Below, piece after piece: positions 10,035 through 19,890 of a DNA stretch of 64,000 nt; the stretch's first letter is position 1; every line of letters begins with the position of its first letter. Position numbers and translations under genes: made by a program. Source of the DNA: Nitrososphaeria archaeon (GTDB lineage Archaea > Thermoproteota > Nitrososphaeria > Geothermarchaeales > JDFR-13); assembly GCA_027078545.1 (NCBI GenBank), contig JALWXN010000004.1:142737-206736 (forward strand). Direction: 5' to 3'. The notes under the pieces are model-generated. The model did no database searches and was not told the origin of the DNA. It saw nothing but the letters and a program-made list of their open reading frames with translations.

Positions 10035-10439
10035 CTATTCAAAGCTCTTCCTGAGATGCTCTCTGATGATCCTAAATAGGTGCTCAGGATCGATATCCTC
10101 ATCTAAGAGTGATGTGATGCGTTGTATGATCGCTATGATGTCATCAAGTGATATCACATCACATGCCACGAGTAGGGATAGTGTCATCATGGATTTCGTC
10201 ACATTGTCGATTCCCTGATTCCTAACCCTATGGAACGTCCCTCGCTTCACCTTTTTACCGAGGATTTGATAGGTCTTGCTTTGTCTCTGCACCGTTAGTG
10301 TGTAGAGTTGTCTCGATGTTATGCTGCTTATCCTGTCTATTTTTTTACCTAGTCGTGTAAATTTGCAGGCCTCCGACATATGCTTTAGCCCCCCTTCTAT
10401 TGTAATACAGAATTGTCTACGGGGGAAGATTATATACAT
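10035..10439 (-). CDS. hypothetical protein
   Basis: ORF only; start uncertain. Confidence 0.25.
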   Translation of the reverse strand: MYIIFPRRQFCITIEGGLKHMSEACKFTRLGKKIDRISSITSRQLYTLTVQRQSKTYQILGKKVKRGTFHRVRNQGIDNVTKSMMTLSLLVACDVISLDDIIAIIQRITSLLDEDIDPEHLFRIIREHLRKSFE

Positions 10440-10467
10440 TGAGTATGGAATAATTGATTAGGTGTAG

Positions 10468-10722
10468 TTGATGGGTCGTAGAAGGAGGAAGAAGGTTGTT
10501 AAGATCTACAAACCTAAGATCCCTAAAATATTCACATGCCCAATATGCGGAGCTACCGCTCTGAATATAACAATAGATAAGAAAAGTAGGAAAGCAGTAG
10601 CCAAATGTGCCGAGTGCGGTCTTCTATGGGAGACAGAAGTAAAGGAGTATGAGGAGAAGATAGACATTTATCACAGGCTCTTCGACGAATACATTGATGC
10701 CGGGGGAGCTGAGGAGACGTGA
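10468..10722 (+). CDS. elf1: Elf1-like zinc-ribbon transcription elongation factor
   Basis: 'MMGRRRRKKVVKIYKPKIPKIFTCPICG...CAECG' matches the Elf1 basic N-terminus plus C4 ribbon. Confidence 0.7.
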   Translation: MMGRRRRKKVVKIYKPKIPKIFTCPICGATALNITIDKKSRKAVAKCAECGLLWETEVKEYEEKIDIYHRLFDEYIDAGGAEET

Positions 10723-11510
10723 AGATTGGGCCTACTGAAAAGTATCTATGGAGTGAGATCGAGTCTAAAGGATCGATACATCTGAGCCTTCTCGACCCTG
10801 AGGAGTTTCAGGATCGTGAAAAGCTTATTGAAACGGTCTCTATAGCCGAAGAAGCAGGTACCTCTGGCTTCATGATAGGAGGCTCTACAGTCTTCGATCA
10901 GAGCCTCGTTGATCGTGTTGTCATGATGATAAAGGAGGTGACGTCACTACCCGTCATATTGTTTCCAAATGACATCACAGGATTGTCACGTCATGCAGAT
11001 GCCTTGTGGTTCATGTCGTTGCTAAACAGCATCAATCCCTACTTCATAACAGGGGTTCAGATGAGGGCCGCCTTCCTTGTGAAGGCTATGGGTCTAGAGG
11101 CCATCCCAATGGCATACCTGATTGTGGGTGAGGGCAAGACGGCGGGATACATGGGATATGCCCATAACATACCCTTAGATGAGCCTAAGATCGCGGCTGC
11201 CTATGCATTGGCCGCCAGATACATGGGGTTTAGATTCGTCTATCTCGAGGCCGGCTCGGGAGCGGGGAACAGAGTAGACACTAGGGTTATTAGGATAATC
11301 AAGAAGGCCGTCGACGAAATCGGACTCGTAGTAGGGGGAGGCATAAAAACCTATGAGGATGCCTTCGACGTAGCTAGTTCCGGTGCAGATATCGTTGTTA
11401 CGGGGAATATCCTGGAGGTGGATCCCAAGAGGATCTTCGACATCGTTAGAGGGGTAAGAGAGGGTGGAAAAGAGAAGCTTAGAACCCTTCATCGAAAAGC
11501 TCAGGACTAA
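10719..11510 (+). CDS. geranylgeranylglyceryl phosphate synthase (PcrB family)
   Basis: 'GFMIGGST', 'YLEAGSGAG', 'VVGGGI' motifs; 3' end overlaps the polD2 start by ~47 nt. Confidence 0.85.
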   Translation: MKIGPTEKYLWSEIESKGSIHLSLLDPEEFQDREKLIETVSIAEEAGTSGFMIGGSTVFDQSLVDRVVMMIKEVTSLPVILFPNDITGLSRHADALWFMSLLNSINPYFITGVQMRAAFLVKAMGLEAIPMAYLIVGEGKTAGYMGYAHNIPLDEPKIAAAYALAARYMGFRFVYLEAGSGAGNRVDTRVIRIIKKAVDEIGLVVGGGIKTYEDAFDVASSGADIVVTGNILEVDPKRIFDIVRGVREGGKEKLRTLHRKAQD

Positions 11511-14500
11511 GGATCTGGATCCAACACTTCAGAGCTATTTCCAATCCATTATAAATGAGGTTCTTAGACAATACGATCTCGCTAATAAGCTGCGATCACA
11601 GGGTTCTGACCACGTACCTCATGTGGAGACTGAGCTTATCTGGGATATGGCTGAACGTGTTGAGAAGCTTATAGGCATAGATGGGATAGCCGAGTTTATC
11701 AGGTCCAATAAGGACTTATCAAGGGAGAGACTGGCGATTAAGGCCATAGACAAGCTTATAGACGGTGAGTTCGGAGATTACGAGCTAGGTAGACTCGTGG
11801 ATCTAGGTGTTAGACTTCCCCTAGCCATCCTAACCGAGGGTATGACTGTAGCCCCTCTAGACGGGATAAAGAAGGTGGTGATTAAGAGGGGGCCTTTCGG
11901 AAACTATCTCTCCATATATTACGCAGGCCCGATAAGATCAGCCGGTGGTACTGAGACCGGTCTATCAATAGTTTTGGCGGACTATCTTAGGAGGAGGCTG
12001 GGCCTAGAGAAATATTATCCAACAAAGATGGAGATCCATCGTTTCATCGAGGAGCTAAGGCTATATGAGAGGAATGTAGCTAGGTTCCAGTACCACCTGA
12101 CGGATGAGATGCTGTTCTACATCCTTAGCAATCTACCTGTAGAGGTTACGGGCGTACCTACTGATAACATCGAGGTGCTTGTGTATAGGGACATCCCCTC
12201 GATAGAGACTAATAGGGTTCGTGGGGGAGCGCTCAGGGTAGTTAATGATGGGATCGGGGGTAAGGCTAAGAAGCTTCTAAAGATCATCGATGAACTGGGT
12301 CTTGAGGGCTGGGAGTGGCTGGAGGAGGTTGCTAAGGGTGTGGCTGGCCAGGGTAAGGGTGACGAGGAGGAGGACAAGGTGCTTAATGATCTCGTCATAG
12401 GTAGGCCGGTCATCTCCCTCAAGTCTAGCACACACGGCCTACGTCTAAGGCTGGGGAGACTGCCCAATACAGGGATCTCAGCCGTAGCTGTCCATCCGGC
12501 CGTCTTCTCCGTATTAAGATACTTTATAGTCCCAGGGTCTCAGCTTAAACTGAACATCCCTGGTAAGGGAGGAATAGTAGTCCCGTCAAGAATAGCAATG
12601 CCACCAATAGTTGAGCTAGATAACGGTGATGTAGTCGAGGTAGAGACGGAGGAGATTGGTGAGGAGCTCTCCCAGAGGATAAAGAGGATCCTTTTCCTAG
12701 GAGACATAATCGTCTCCTATGGAGATTTCCTGGAGAACAACCAGCCGATACCTCCGCTACACTATACCCCTGAGTGGTGGATAGGCGAGCTGGAGGAGGC
12801 CACGGGGAGGAGATATGACACGCAACTCCCTTATCAATTATCATATGGAGAGAGTTTTGAACTCTCCGAGAGGTATGGGATTCCCCTCAACCCCTACTAT
12901 GTACCCTCCTTTGAATACCTAAATGTGGATGAAACTGAGAGTCTCGTCTCCCAATTGAGCGATGGATATGTTAAGCATGGAGAGGGCGAGCTAATAGTCA
13001 GTGGCTCTAGGGAGCTATCCCACCTACTTAAAAAGGCTAGGATCCCCTTCCGACGGAAGGGTGAGCTTATCGAGATCCGGCATAGATACTCCTACATCCT
13101 ACATGACTTGATAAGGGGCTATAGGAGCCAGAGGTTGTATAAGCCTAGATTCACCAATTCCTCCGACGTAGTCTCATTCTACCTAGGCGTTAGGGTTAGG
13201 TGCCTAAGAGGGACCTATGTATCGGCTAGGCTAGGTAGGCCGGAGAAAGCTAAGATGCGGAAGATGAACCCACCGGTACACGCCCTCTTCCCCATAGGAA
13301 GCTATGGGGGTGACCAGAGGAACATCGTCAAGGCATACAAGCAGAACGAAATAGTTGTAGTCCAGCTATCCATCCTCTACTGTGAGACCTGTGGGAAGTA
13401 CACATATAGGAACAGGTGTGAGACATGTGGATCCAGGACTGTCCAGGCCTACTACTGCTACAACTGTAAAGTAGACACCCGATCCGAGAGTTGTCCCAAA
13501 TGTGGGAGAGAGACGAGGCCATACAAGAACTGGTCCATCAACCTTAGAGATCTTGTCAGGGAGATTAGGGAGAGACATGGCCTAAGGATCCCATCCAAAG
13601 TAAAGGGTGTAAAATCACTCCTAAGCGGATATCGGAGATATGAGGAGCTATCCAAGGGAGTACTGAGGGCTAAACATGGCTTATCAGTATTTAAGGACGG
13701 TACATGTAGAATAGATATCACTAACGCTCCTCTCACAAGTGTCTCTCTCAGGGACATAGGGATAGATGTGGATAAGGCAAGAGAATTGGGATACCAGGTC
13801 GACAGTATAGACGATGTTATAGACTTGATGCCTATGGACATACTGATCCCCGAGTCGATAGTCCCAGACCTCATCAACATGTGCAGTTTTATAGACGAGG
13901 AGATAGTGAAGCTGTATGGCGGTGAGCCTATCTACCGGGTGAGGGATAAGACAGACCTCATCGGCAAGTTGGTCGTCGGCCTCTCCCCACATACCTCCTC
14001 AGGAGTTATAGGCAGGATAATCGGCTTCACCAAGGCCAACGTCCTATATGCCCATCCACTCTGGCACGCTGCTAAGCGGCGTGACTGCGATGGGGATCAA
14101 GACGCAATTATGCTGCTTATGGACGTCCTACTAAACTTTAGTAGAGAGTACCTACCCTCCTCATCTGGAGGCCGGATGGATGCCCCCCTCTTCGTCTCCG
14201 TAGTTGTACATCCGGAGGAAGTTGATACACAGGTCCATAACCTAGACGTCGTTGATAGATACCCATTGGTCCTATACGAGAAGTCATTGGAGAACGTGTC
14301 GCCTAAGTTGCTTAGAGAATATATCGCTGTGGTTGAGGACTTCCTTGGAGAATCGAAGGCCTATTATGGCTATGGAGCCCTGGATAGGGCGCCTATCCTA
14401 TCTACAATAAAGAATGTCAACATGTATTCCAAGCTCAAGAGCATAGAGGCTAAGCTGGATAACCAGCTTAAAATAATGGAGAGGATCTTTGAGGGCGACG

Positions 14501-14874
14501 ACAAGGCCCTCATCGTTGAAAACCTGCTTAAGAACCACGTGCTGAGGGATATAATGGGTAACCTGAGGAGCTTCTACCACCAGAGCTTTAAATGCTCCTC
14601 CTGCGGAGCCACATACCGTAGAACCCTGCTCAAGGGGACATGCATAAAGTGTGGCGGAAACCTTAGGCCGACAGTCCACACTAAAAGCGTGGTTAAATAT
14701 CTGCCCCTCGCCAAGAAGCTGTCTAGCTATGTGAGGAGCCGCTACATCTTGTCCTATATCTCCCTTATTGACTCTATACTGGCTTCAACGTTTGAGCTGG
14801 ATACACCGCTTGGTACCAGTATTTTCGACTATGTTGAGAGGGACGCTACTCAACAAGATAGAACTGATCAGTGA
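11464..14874 (+). CDS. polD2: DNA polymerase D large subunit DP2 (intein-free)
   Basis: 1136 aa, Zn fingers 'CETCGKYTYRNRCETCG...CYNCK...CPKCG', C-terminal 'CSSCGATYRRTLLKGTCIKCGG'. Confidence 0.9.
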   Translation: MEKRSLEPFIEKLRTKDLDPTLQSYFQSIINEVLRQYDLANKLRSQGSDHVPHVETELIWDMAERVEKLIGIDGIAEFIRSNKDLSRERLAIKAIDKLIDGEFGDYELGRLVDLGVRLPLAILTEGMTVAPLDGIKKVVIKRGPFGNYLSIYYAGPIRSAGGTETGLSIVLADYLRRRLGLEKYYPTKMEIHRFIEELRLYERNVARFQYHLTDEMLFYILSNLPVEVTGVPTDNIEVLVYRDIPSIETNRVRGGALRVVNDGIGGKAKKLLKIIDELGLEGWEWLEEVAKGVAGQGKGDEEEDKVLNDLVIGRPVISLKSSTHGLRLRLGRLPNTGISAVAVHPAVFSVLRYFIVPGSQLKLNIPGKGGIVVPSRIAMPPIVELDNGDVVEVETEEIGEELSQRIKRILFLGDIIVSYGDFLENNQPIPPLHYTPEWWIGELEEATGRRYDTQLPYQLSYGESFELSERYGIPLNPYYVPSFEYLNVDETESLVSQLSDGYVKHGEGELIVSGSRELSHLLKKARIPFRRKGELIEIRHRYSYILHDLIRGYRSQRLYKPRFTNSSDVVSFYLGVRVRCLRGTYVSARLGRPEKAKMRKMNPPVHALFPIGSYGGDQRNIVKAYKQNEIVVVQLSILYCETCGKYTYRNRCETCGSRTVQAYYCYNCKVDTRSESCPKCGRETRPYKNWSINLRDLVREIRERHGLRIPSKVKGVKSLLSGYRRYEELSKGVLRAKHGLSVFKDGTCRIDITNAPLTSVSLRDIGIDVDKARELGYQVDSIDDVIDLMPMDILIPESIVPDLINMCSFIDEEIVKLYGGEPIYRVRDKTDLIGKLVVGLSPHTSSGVIGRIIGFTKANVLYAHPLWHAAKRRDCDGDQDAIMLLMDVLLNFSREYLPSSSGGRMDAPLFVSVVVHPEEVDTQVHNLDVVDRYPLVLYEKSLENVSPKLLREYIAVVEDFLGESKAYYGYGALDRAPILSTIKNVNMYSKLKSIEAKLDNQLKIMERIFEGDDKALIVENLLKNHVLRDIMGNLRSFYHQSFKCSSCGATYRRTLLKGTCIKCGGNLRPTVHTKSVVKYLPLAKKLSSYVRSRYILSYISLIDSILASTFELDTPLGTSIFDYVERDATQQDRTDQ

Positions 14875-15211
14875 TGTCCACGAATTTGATGGCCCCGTCC
14901 TGGAAGACAAGTTTATAGACGTTGTTAACATTGAAGTTTATGCCGAGGGCCTTCTCCTCCTCGGGTAAGAGGAAGAGGACCATCTTTAGATTCCTAACCT
15001 GTTGGAAGGGCATCACCACCCCCATGTTTCTAAGCTGGTTGACCATCTCCCTAACCATCCTAACCTCGGGCGACTGATACCCCTGCTCCTGCCTAGTCTC
15101 TATAATGGAGAACTCTATCCTCTTCCCCCTCCCACCGCCTCTATTGTCGACGTAGGACTCTATCCTGGTTACTACTACATAGGTCTCTTTATCCATTTGT
15201 CTCGCCACCAT
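14846..15211 (-). CDS. hypothetical protein
   Basis: ORF downstream of the previous one, same strand. Confidence 0.35.
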   Translation of the reverse strand: MVARQMDKETYVVVTRIESYVDNRGGGRGKRIEFSIIETRQEQGYQSPEVRMVREMVNQLRNMGVVMPFQQVRNLKMVLFLLPEEEKALGINFNVNNVYKLVFQDGAIKFVDITDQFYLVE

Positions 15212-15587
15212 CCTCCTTCTTTAGAACCCTAATATCCCTAATACCCGCTTCATATAAGTTTACGATGGTGTTTGGACTAGCCTCTCCAAACAGCTTCCCG
15301 AAATCCTTGTATAGCTGTCTCCACTTCAGACGTGTCCGGCCACTCCTCGATATATACTCGACACCTAGGACATTGTTGACCTCCACCACCACTATATCCT
15401 CTATCTGCTCAAGATCCTTCTTGCTCTCCGCCTCAATGTATACCTTCCCAACGTCATTCCTCCTCTCAAAGAGTATGTTTGGATTGTCCATATACTTCCT
15501 AGGAAACTTGGTCTTCCCTGTGCTCTCCACCAGGAACTTCTTCAGCTCTTCTAGGGTGCAATATACTTCTATCTGCATCTCCCACAA
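15189..15587 (-). CDS. hypothetical protein
   Basis: ORF, coding-like composition; overlaps the next ORF by ~23 nt. Confidence 0.35.
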   Translation of the reverse strand: MWEMQIEVYCTLEELKKFLVESTGKTKFPRKYMDNPNILFERRNDVGKVYIEAESKKDLEQIEDIVVVEVNNVLGVEYISRSGRTRLKWRQLYKDFGKLFGEASPNTIVNLYEAGIRDIRVLKKEDGGETNG

Positions 15588-15816
15588 ATCAGTGATGGGA
15601 GCTTGGTAGGATTTAAACGGTTATTGAGTTGTTAAGCCCTAATAGCTGGTTCCTAATTATTACTAGGTGGGGGCGATGATCGCGTTGGCCGCAACGACGG
15701 CCCTATCAACGGATGACTGAGATCTTGAGTTGTGAGCCCCCACTTCCATGAGATTTTAATATTATTTGCGGCGATTGGTATAGGATTGAAAAGAGGATAG
15801 AATCGCTGGTGACAGG

Positions 15817-17934
15817 GTGATGAGTGCCCAGTCATTATTCTCTAGGCTGAATAGGATCCGCCTCACATCCCTAGTTATCGATTCACAGACCGCGCTGCAC
15901 TATATCTCCCTATCACTCCTCGCGGTCATAGCTTTTCTCATAAGGATCCTGCCAGCTAGGTACGGGATCTACATAAACGAGTTCGACCCATACTTCCAGT
16001 ACTACGCCACCAAGGTAATAATCTCGGGTATCGAGGAGAAGGGGTTACTAGGCCTCTTCGAGTTCTTCAACCATAAGATCGAGCTAACCTGGTACCCATA
16101 TGGAGTCGATATGGGTGAGAAATACTATTTTGGGGTGCCATACTTCGGAGCGTTTACCTATCTCTTCCTAAAGGCCCTAGGCCTCCCTGTAAGCCTATAC
16201 GACGTAGCAGTCTTCATGCCCCCCGTCGTCGGAGTAATAACCACGTTGATAGTCTACAAGATCGCTGAGAGGTATGTCCAGTCGAGATATGTGGCCATGA
16301 TCGGCGCCCTCTTCTTCACCACGGCCTTCAGCGTACTGGCTAGGAGCGACCTAGGATGGTACGACACCGACGGGTTGGGCATGGCTTTCCTCGTGGGATC
16401 CATATATTTCTTTATAAGGGGTATAGAGTCGTCAAAGCCTAGCTTCAAAGCTCTATATGGAGTGTTGGCAGGACTATTCACCGGCCTATTAGGCGCTACA
16501 TGGGGCGCACATCAATATCCCTATCTAGCAGTAGCGATCTTCGTAATACTGGCGGTTATACTGGATCTAGATGTGAAGAATATCGAGGTCCTCTACTTCC
16601 CCTTCTTCGCAGTCTCGACGATAATGCTTCTATCAGTCCCTACAAATGGTCTTAGCTATCTGGTAGGGGCGGTAGCCGTTATCCAGTACCTAGCCGCACT
16701 GATCCTACTCATAAGGAATGTAGTTGATATTAAGGTGTTTACAGGCCACCTTAGTAGGATCATTGGCCTAGGCATATTTGGGATGATAGGCCTCATCTTC
16801 GCCGTGGGTCTACTACCCGATGTAGGCCTAAAATCCAGGCAGATAATAACGGTTCTACCCTTCCTAAAGGAGGCCTTCGTGGTAGCCACAACTGTTCAGG
16901 AGCAGGCCGGATCCACATTCCTAGTCTTCTATAGGGATCTCCACGTAATCATCCCCTTTGCGATCGGTGGCTTCGTTATAGTGGCAAAGAGGTGGAGGGA
17001 TCCGAAGTACCTATACCTACTGATCCTATCGGCTTCCGCAGCCTATGTGGCAAACTCCTTCGTAAGGCTATCCATCATCTTCGATGTATTCGCAGCGGTC
17101 CTAGCTGCAATAGCGTTGAAGGAGCTGATGAGCTACCTGGTCACCAACCTGAAGAAGGGAGACACAAACTATAGGATAGTGGCGTTCACCTTCGTAACTC
17201 TGTTCATACTACTGTCCTCCTCCATGATATACCTATACTCAATAGTCCCCATGTCTAGGACGACGGTCTCACTAATCTCCCATGGATCCCCAATAGCACA
17301 GGAGAGGGTGTCGTACGACTGGATAGAGGCCCTTGAATGGATCCGGAACAACGTTGCCCCTGACGAGGTAATAGCGAGTTGGTGGGACTACGGATACTGG
17401 ATAAGCTTTATAGGTGAGAGGAAGAGCTTGGCTGACAACGGTACACTCAACGCCACCAGGATCAAGGAGCTGGCCGAGATGTTCATGACTACCGATGAGG
17501 ATAAGGCTATAGAGATGTTGAAGGAGATGGGTGCAGACTATGTACTAGTATATATAGGTGTGGCCCCCGTAGCCCCAGACAACAATGACCTAGTCATGCT
17601 CGCAGGCTTCGGCGAAGATGGTAAGTTTGTTGCTATAGCTAAGATAGCGGGTGTGAACTCCTCAGAGTTTATAAACGAGGATGGCCAGGGCCCAAGGCTG
17701 ACCGATGCCTTCTGGGAGACGTTCCTAGGAAGGCTGATCCCCTATGAATACCAGTCTACCCAGCCGGTGGGGGCCTTCTCGGTAGACGTATATGTATATT
17801 CACCGAAGTATCCAGAGGCATGGAACCTAGAGAGCCTAGAGGGTGAGAAGCTGGTCATGGTGTTCAGATCCAGCGACCCAGCACCGGGGGAGGTAGTCAT
17901 ATACAAGATAGTGGATAGTGAGGAGTCAGAGTGA
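15817..17934 (+). CDS. aglB: oligosaccharyltransferase AglB (STT3 family)
   Basis: 13 TM N-domain, 'WWDYGYWI' motif. Confidence 0.85.
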   Translation: MMSAQSLFSRLNRIRLTSLVIDSQTALHYISLSLLAVIAFLIRILPARYGIYINEFDPYFQYYATKVIISGIEEKGLLGLFEFFNHKIELTWYPYGVDMGEKYYFGVPYFGAFTYLFLKALGLPVSLYDVAVFMPPVVGVITTLIVYKIAERYVQSRYVAMIGALFFTTAFSVLARSDLGWYDTDGLGMAFLVGSIYFFIRGIESSKPSFKALYGVLAGLFTGLLGATWGAHQYPYLAVAIFVILAVILDLDVKNIEVLYFPFFAVSTIMLLSVPTNGLSYLVGAVAVIQYLAALILLIRNVVDIKVFTGHLSRIIGLGIFGMIGLIFAVGLLPDVGLKSRQIITVLPFLKEAFVVATTVQEQAGSTFLVFYRDLHVIIPFAIGGFVIVAKRWRDPKYLYLLILSASAAYVANSFVRLSIIFDVFAAVLAAIALKELMSYLVTNLKKGDTNYRIVAFTFVTLFILLSSSMIYLYSIVPMSRTTVSLISHGSPIAQERVSYDWIEALEWIRNNVAPDEVIASWWDYGYWISFIGERKSLADNGTLNATRIKELAEMFMTTDEDKAIEMLKEMGADYVLVYIGVAPVAPDNNDLVMLAGFGEDGKFVAIAKIAGVNSSEFINEDGQGPRLTDAFWETFLGRLIPYEYQSTQPVGAFSVDVYVYSPKYPEAWNLESLEGEKLVMVFRSSDPAPGEVVIYKIVDSEESE

Positions 17935-17937
17935 CTC

Positions 17938-18114
17938 TTAGGGATCTATACGCCTCAGCTCCTCCACCAAATTTTTTACCTTGAGGTCTAGGTAGGGGTC
18001 GTCCGGAGAGAACTTGGCTGGATGGGCTACATTAGTAGATCCTCCACAGATGGGGCACCTCTCCTTCAAAGTGTATCGGCCACATTCTCTACAGATCCTT
18101 ATCCTACTCTTCAT
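17938..18114 (-). CDS. nop10: H/ACA RNP protein Nop10 (58 aa, not in the ORF track)
   Basis: Manual translation MKSRIRICRECGRYTLKERCPICGGSTNVAHPAKFSPDDPYLDLKVKNLVEELRRIDP; the ATG overlaps the aIF2-alpha stop (ATGA). Confidence 0.75.
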   Translation of the reverse strand: MKSRIRICRECGRYTLKERCPICGGSTNVAHPAKFSPDDPYLDLKVKNLVEELRRIDP

Positions 18115-18932
18115 GTCTTAGTCTTAAGATTCTCCTCAAGGATCTCTATATTAACGTCTCCCTTCTTACCCAGCTTCTTAACCACCTGGTTAACGGTTGG
18201 TATGACCTTCTTCTTAATCGTCTCCGGCTTATAGCTCCACGTTGTTAGACGATATCTCGGGCTGCCAATCAACACGATCTCTGTATTCTCCAGCTTGGTG
18301 GCTGATGCCAGCTCTTTATCCAGCTGCCCAAGGGCCTCCTTTATCCTATATACACCTCCCCTTCTAATGCTGCTGACTGAGATCACGGCCTCATAGAAAT
18401 ACTTCTTCAGATGGATCTTCTTGGAGAAGAACTCTATCAGATCATTCTTGATGTCTGATAATCCAACCTCGTCTAGAAGGCCTGGGTTCAGCATTATATT
18501 CTCCAGGGCATCGTAGACAGTCTGCTCCCTATCTATTATTGGTTCTAGCTTCTCCTCCAAGTTAATGTTGATCCCCTTCTCCCTAAGGTGTTTCTCGGCC
18601 TCCTTTATTATCCTGATTCCCCTCTGATTCCTCTTCCAGAGCCTCAGGATCTTGTTCTTCTCAGACTCCGAGACGTCTTTATAGGAGACGTCTACACTCT
18701 TTGTGAACTTGTCTATCCTGATTACCTTGACTACGATCTTCTGGCCCTCCTTTATAACATCCTCAATATCCCGGACAAACTTGGTTGAGACCTCTGTTAT
18801 GGGGAGGTATCCCTCGATGTTATAATCCTCGATATGGAGATATGCGCCGTGACCAACTATCTCCTTTACAGTGGCGACTACTAGTTCTCCCCTCCTCGGG
18901 AATATGATTCTCTCCTCCTTATCCATACTCAT
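18111..18932 (-). CDS. eif2a: translation initiation factor 2 alpha subunit
   Basis: N-terminal S1 domain 'GELVVATVKEIVGHGAYLHIE', typical length. Confidence 0.85.
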   Translation of the reverse strand: MSMDKEERIIFPRRGELVVATVKEIVGHGAYLHIEDYNIEGYLPITEVSTKFVRDIEDVIKEGQKIVVKVIRIDKFTKSVDVSYKDVSESEKNKILRLWKRNQRGIRIIKEAEKHLREKGININLEEKLEPIIDREQTVYDALENIMLNPGLLDEVGLSDIKNDLIEFFSKKIHLKKYFYEAVISVSSIRRGGVYRIKEALGQLDKELASATKLENTEIVLIGSPRYRLTTWSYKPETIKKKVIPTVNQVVKKLGKKGDVNIEILEENLKTKT

Positions 18933-19128
18933 CTATTATCTCACCGAGTATCTCGGCCTTACCACCCGTAGGCCTGGCTAGTGGCTCGCCGCAGACTATA
19001 CAGTACACAACCCTGGAGGCGTGTGAGAATATGATCATCTCATTGCCGCACTCCTTACACTTAACCCTTAGGAACTTGCTTCTAGGCTTAGGCAGGTATT
19101 TGTCCAGCTCACCACTCACCAGGATCAC
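18919..19128 (-). CDS. rps27e: ribosomal protein S27e
   Basis: C4 ribbon 'CKECGNEMIIFSHASRVVYCIVCG'. Confidence 0.85.
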   Translation of the reverse strand: MILVSGELDKYLPKPRSKFLRVKCKECGNEMIIFSHASRVVYCIVCGEPLARPTGGKAEILGEIIDEYG

Positions 19129-19403
19129 CTGGCTATCTCGATCTTCTTAATCCTAATACCCTCCTTATGTAGGATGTATCCACACTCTGTACAGGTGAGT
19201 TTTAGTACCGCCTTCTTGGTGGTCTTAGCCTTCCTCCTAAGGAGTGGCCACTTCTGGCCTCCATAACCCTTCTTCTCCCACTCGTGCTTCCTAACACCCC
19301 ACCTGAATGGGCTGTCCTTCCCCTTCTTATATAGCGATACCTTATGAACAGTGTGCCTCCTACATCTCGGGCAGTATGTCCTAATCTCCTTAGGTACGAT
19401 CAT
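19125..19403 (-). CDS. rpl44e: ribosomal protein L44e
   Basis: 'CPRCRRHTVHKV...CTECG' and a lysine-rich core. Confidence 0.85.
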   Translation of the reverse strand: MIVPKEIRTYCPRCRRHTVHKVSLYKKGKDSPFRWGVRKHEWEKKGYGGQKWPLLRRKAKTTKKAVLKLTCTECGYILHKEGIRIKKIEIAR

Positions 19404-19749
19404 ATGTATCCACCCCTTCGACTACCCCGGTCTCTCTAAGTCTATTATACAGTTCTCTATTTAACCCTACTAGATCCCCCGGCTTGAGGGGGCCTAGGAC
19501 ATCTCCATTGTCAAGGATAGTCTTGAAAGTAGTCTTAACTATTCCCAGGACAATCTTGTCCTTCTCTACATTCTGCTGGGCCGGTGTCTGCGTATCCACA
19601 CCGTCACGTTTCTCCAGGGAGGATGTATGTGGAGGCCTATCCGATGCGTCTCCAGGCTTCTCCCCTGTTTTTATGAATGTTTCTAGCGGTAGCTCTCCCC
19701 TCAGGATCATGTTTATAATCTGCTCCTTGGTGAGGTTGGGTGAGGCCAT
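19390..19749 (-). CDS. hypothetical protein in the ribosomal gene cluster
   Basis: ORF; no recognised motif. Confidence 0.35.
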   Translation of the reverse strand: MASPNLTKEQIINMILRGELPLETFIKTGEKPGDASDRPPHTSSLEKRDGVDTQTPAQQNVEKDKIVLGIVKTTFKTILDNGDVLGPLKPGDLVGLNRELYNRLRETGVVEGVDTYDRT

Positions 19750-19890
19750 AGGTAGACACCTTTATAGAGGGGCTAGGGCATCGGGATACTTAAAGCAGCT
19801 ATATAATATCAACTATCGAGATGGGATTATAATGGTTCAGCGGTGAACATAGTGGCTGGTAACCAGTCTAGGGGGTCAAACACCCACGTG

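Noticed and set aside
11464-14874. Possible intein in the PolD large subunit
   Set aside because: A length of 1136 aa is typical for intein-free DP2, and there is no interruption of the conserved blocks or homing-endonuclease motifs.
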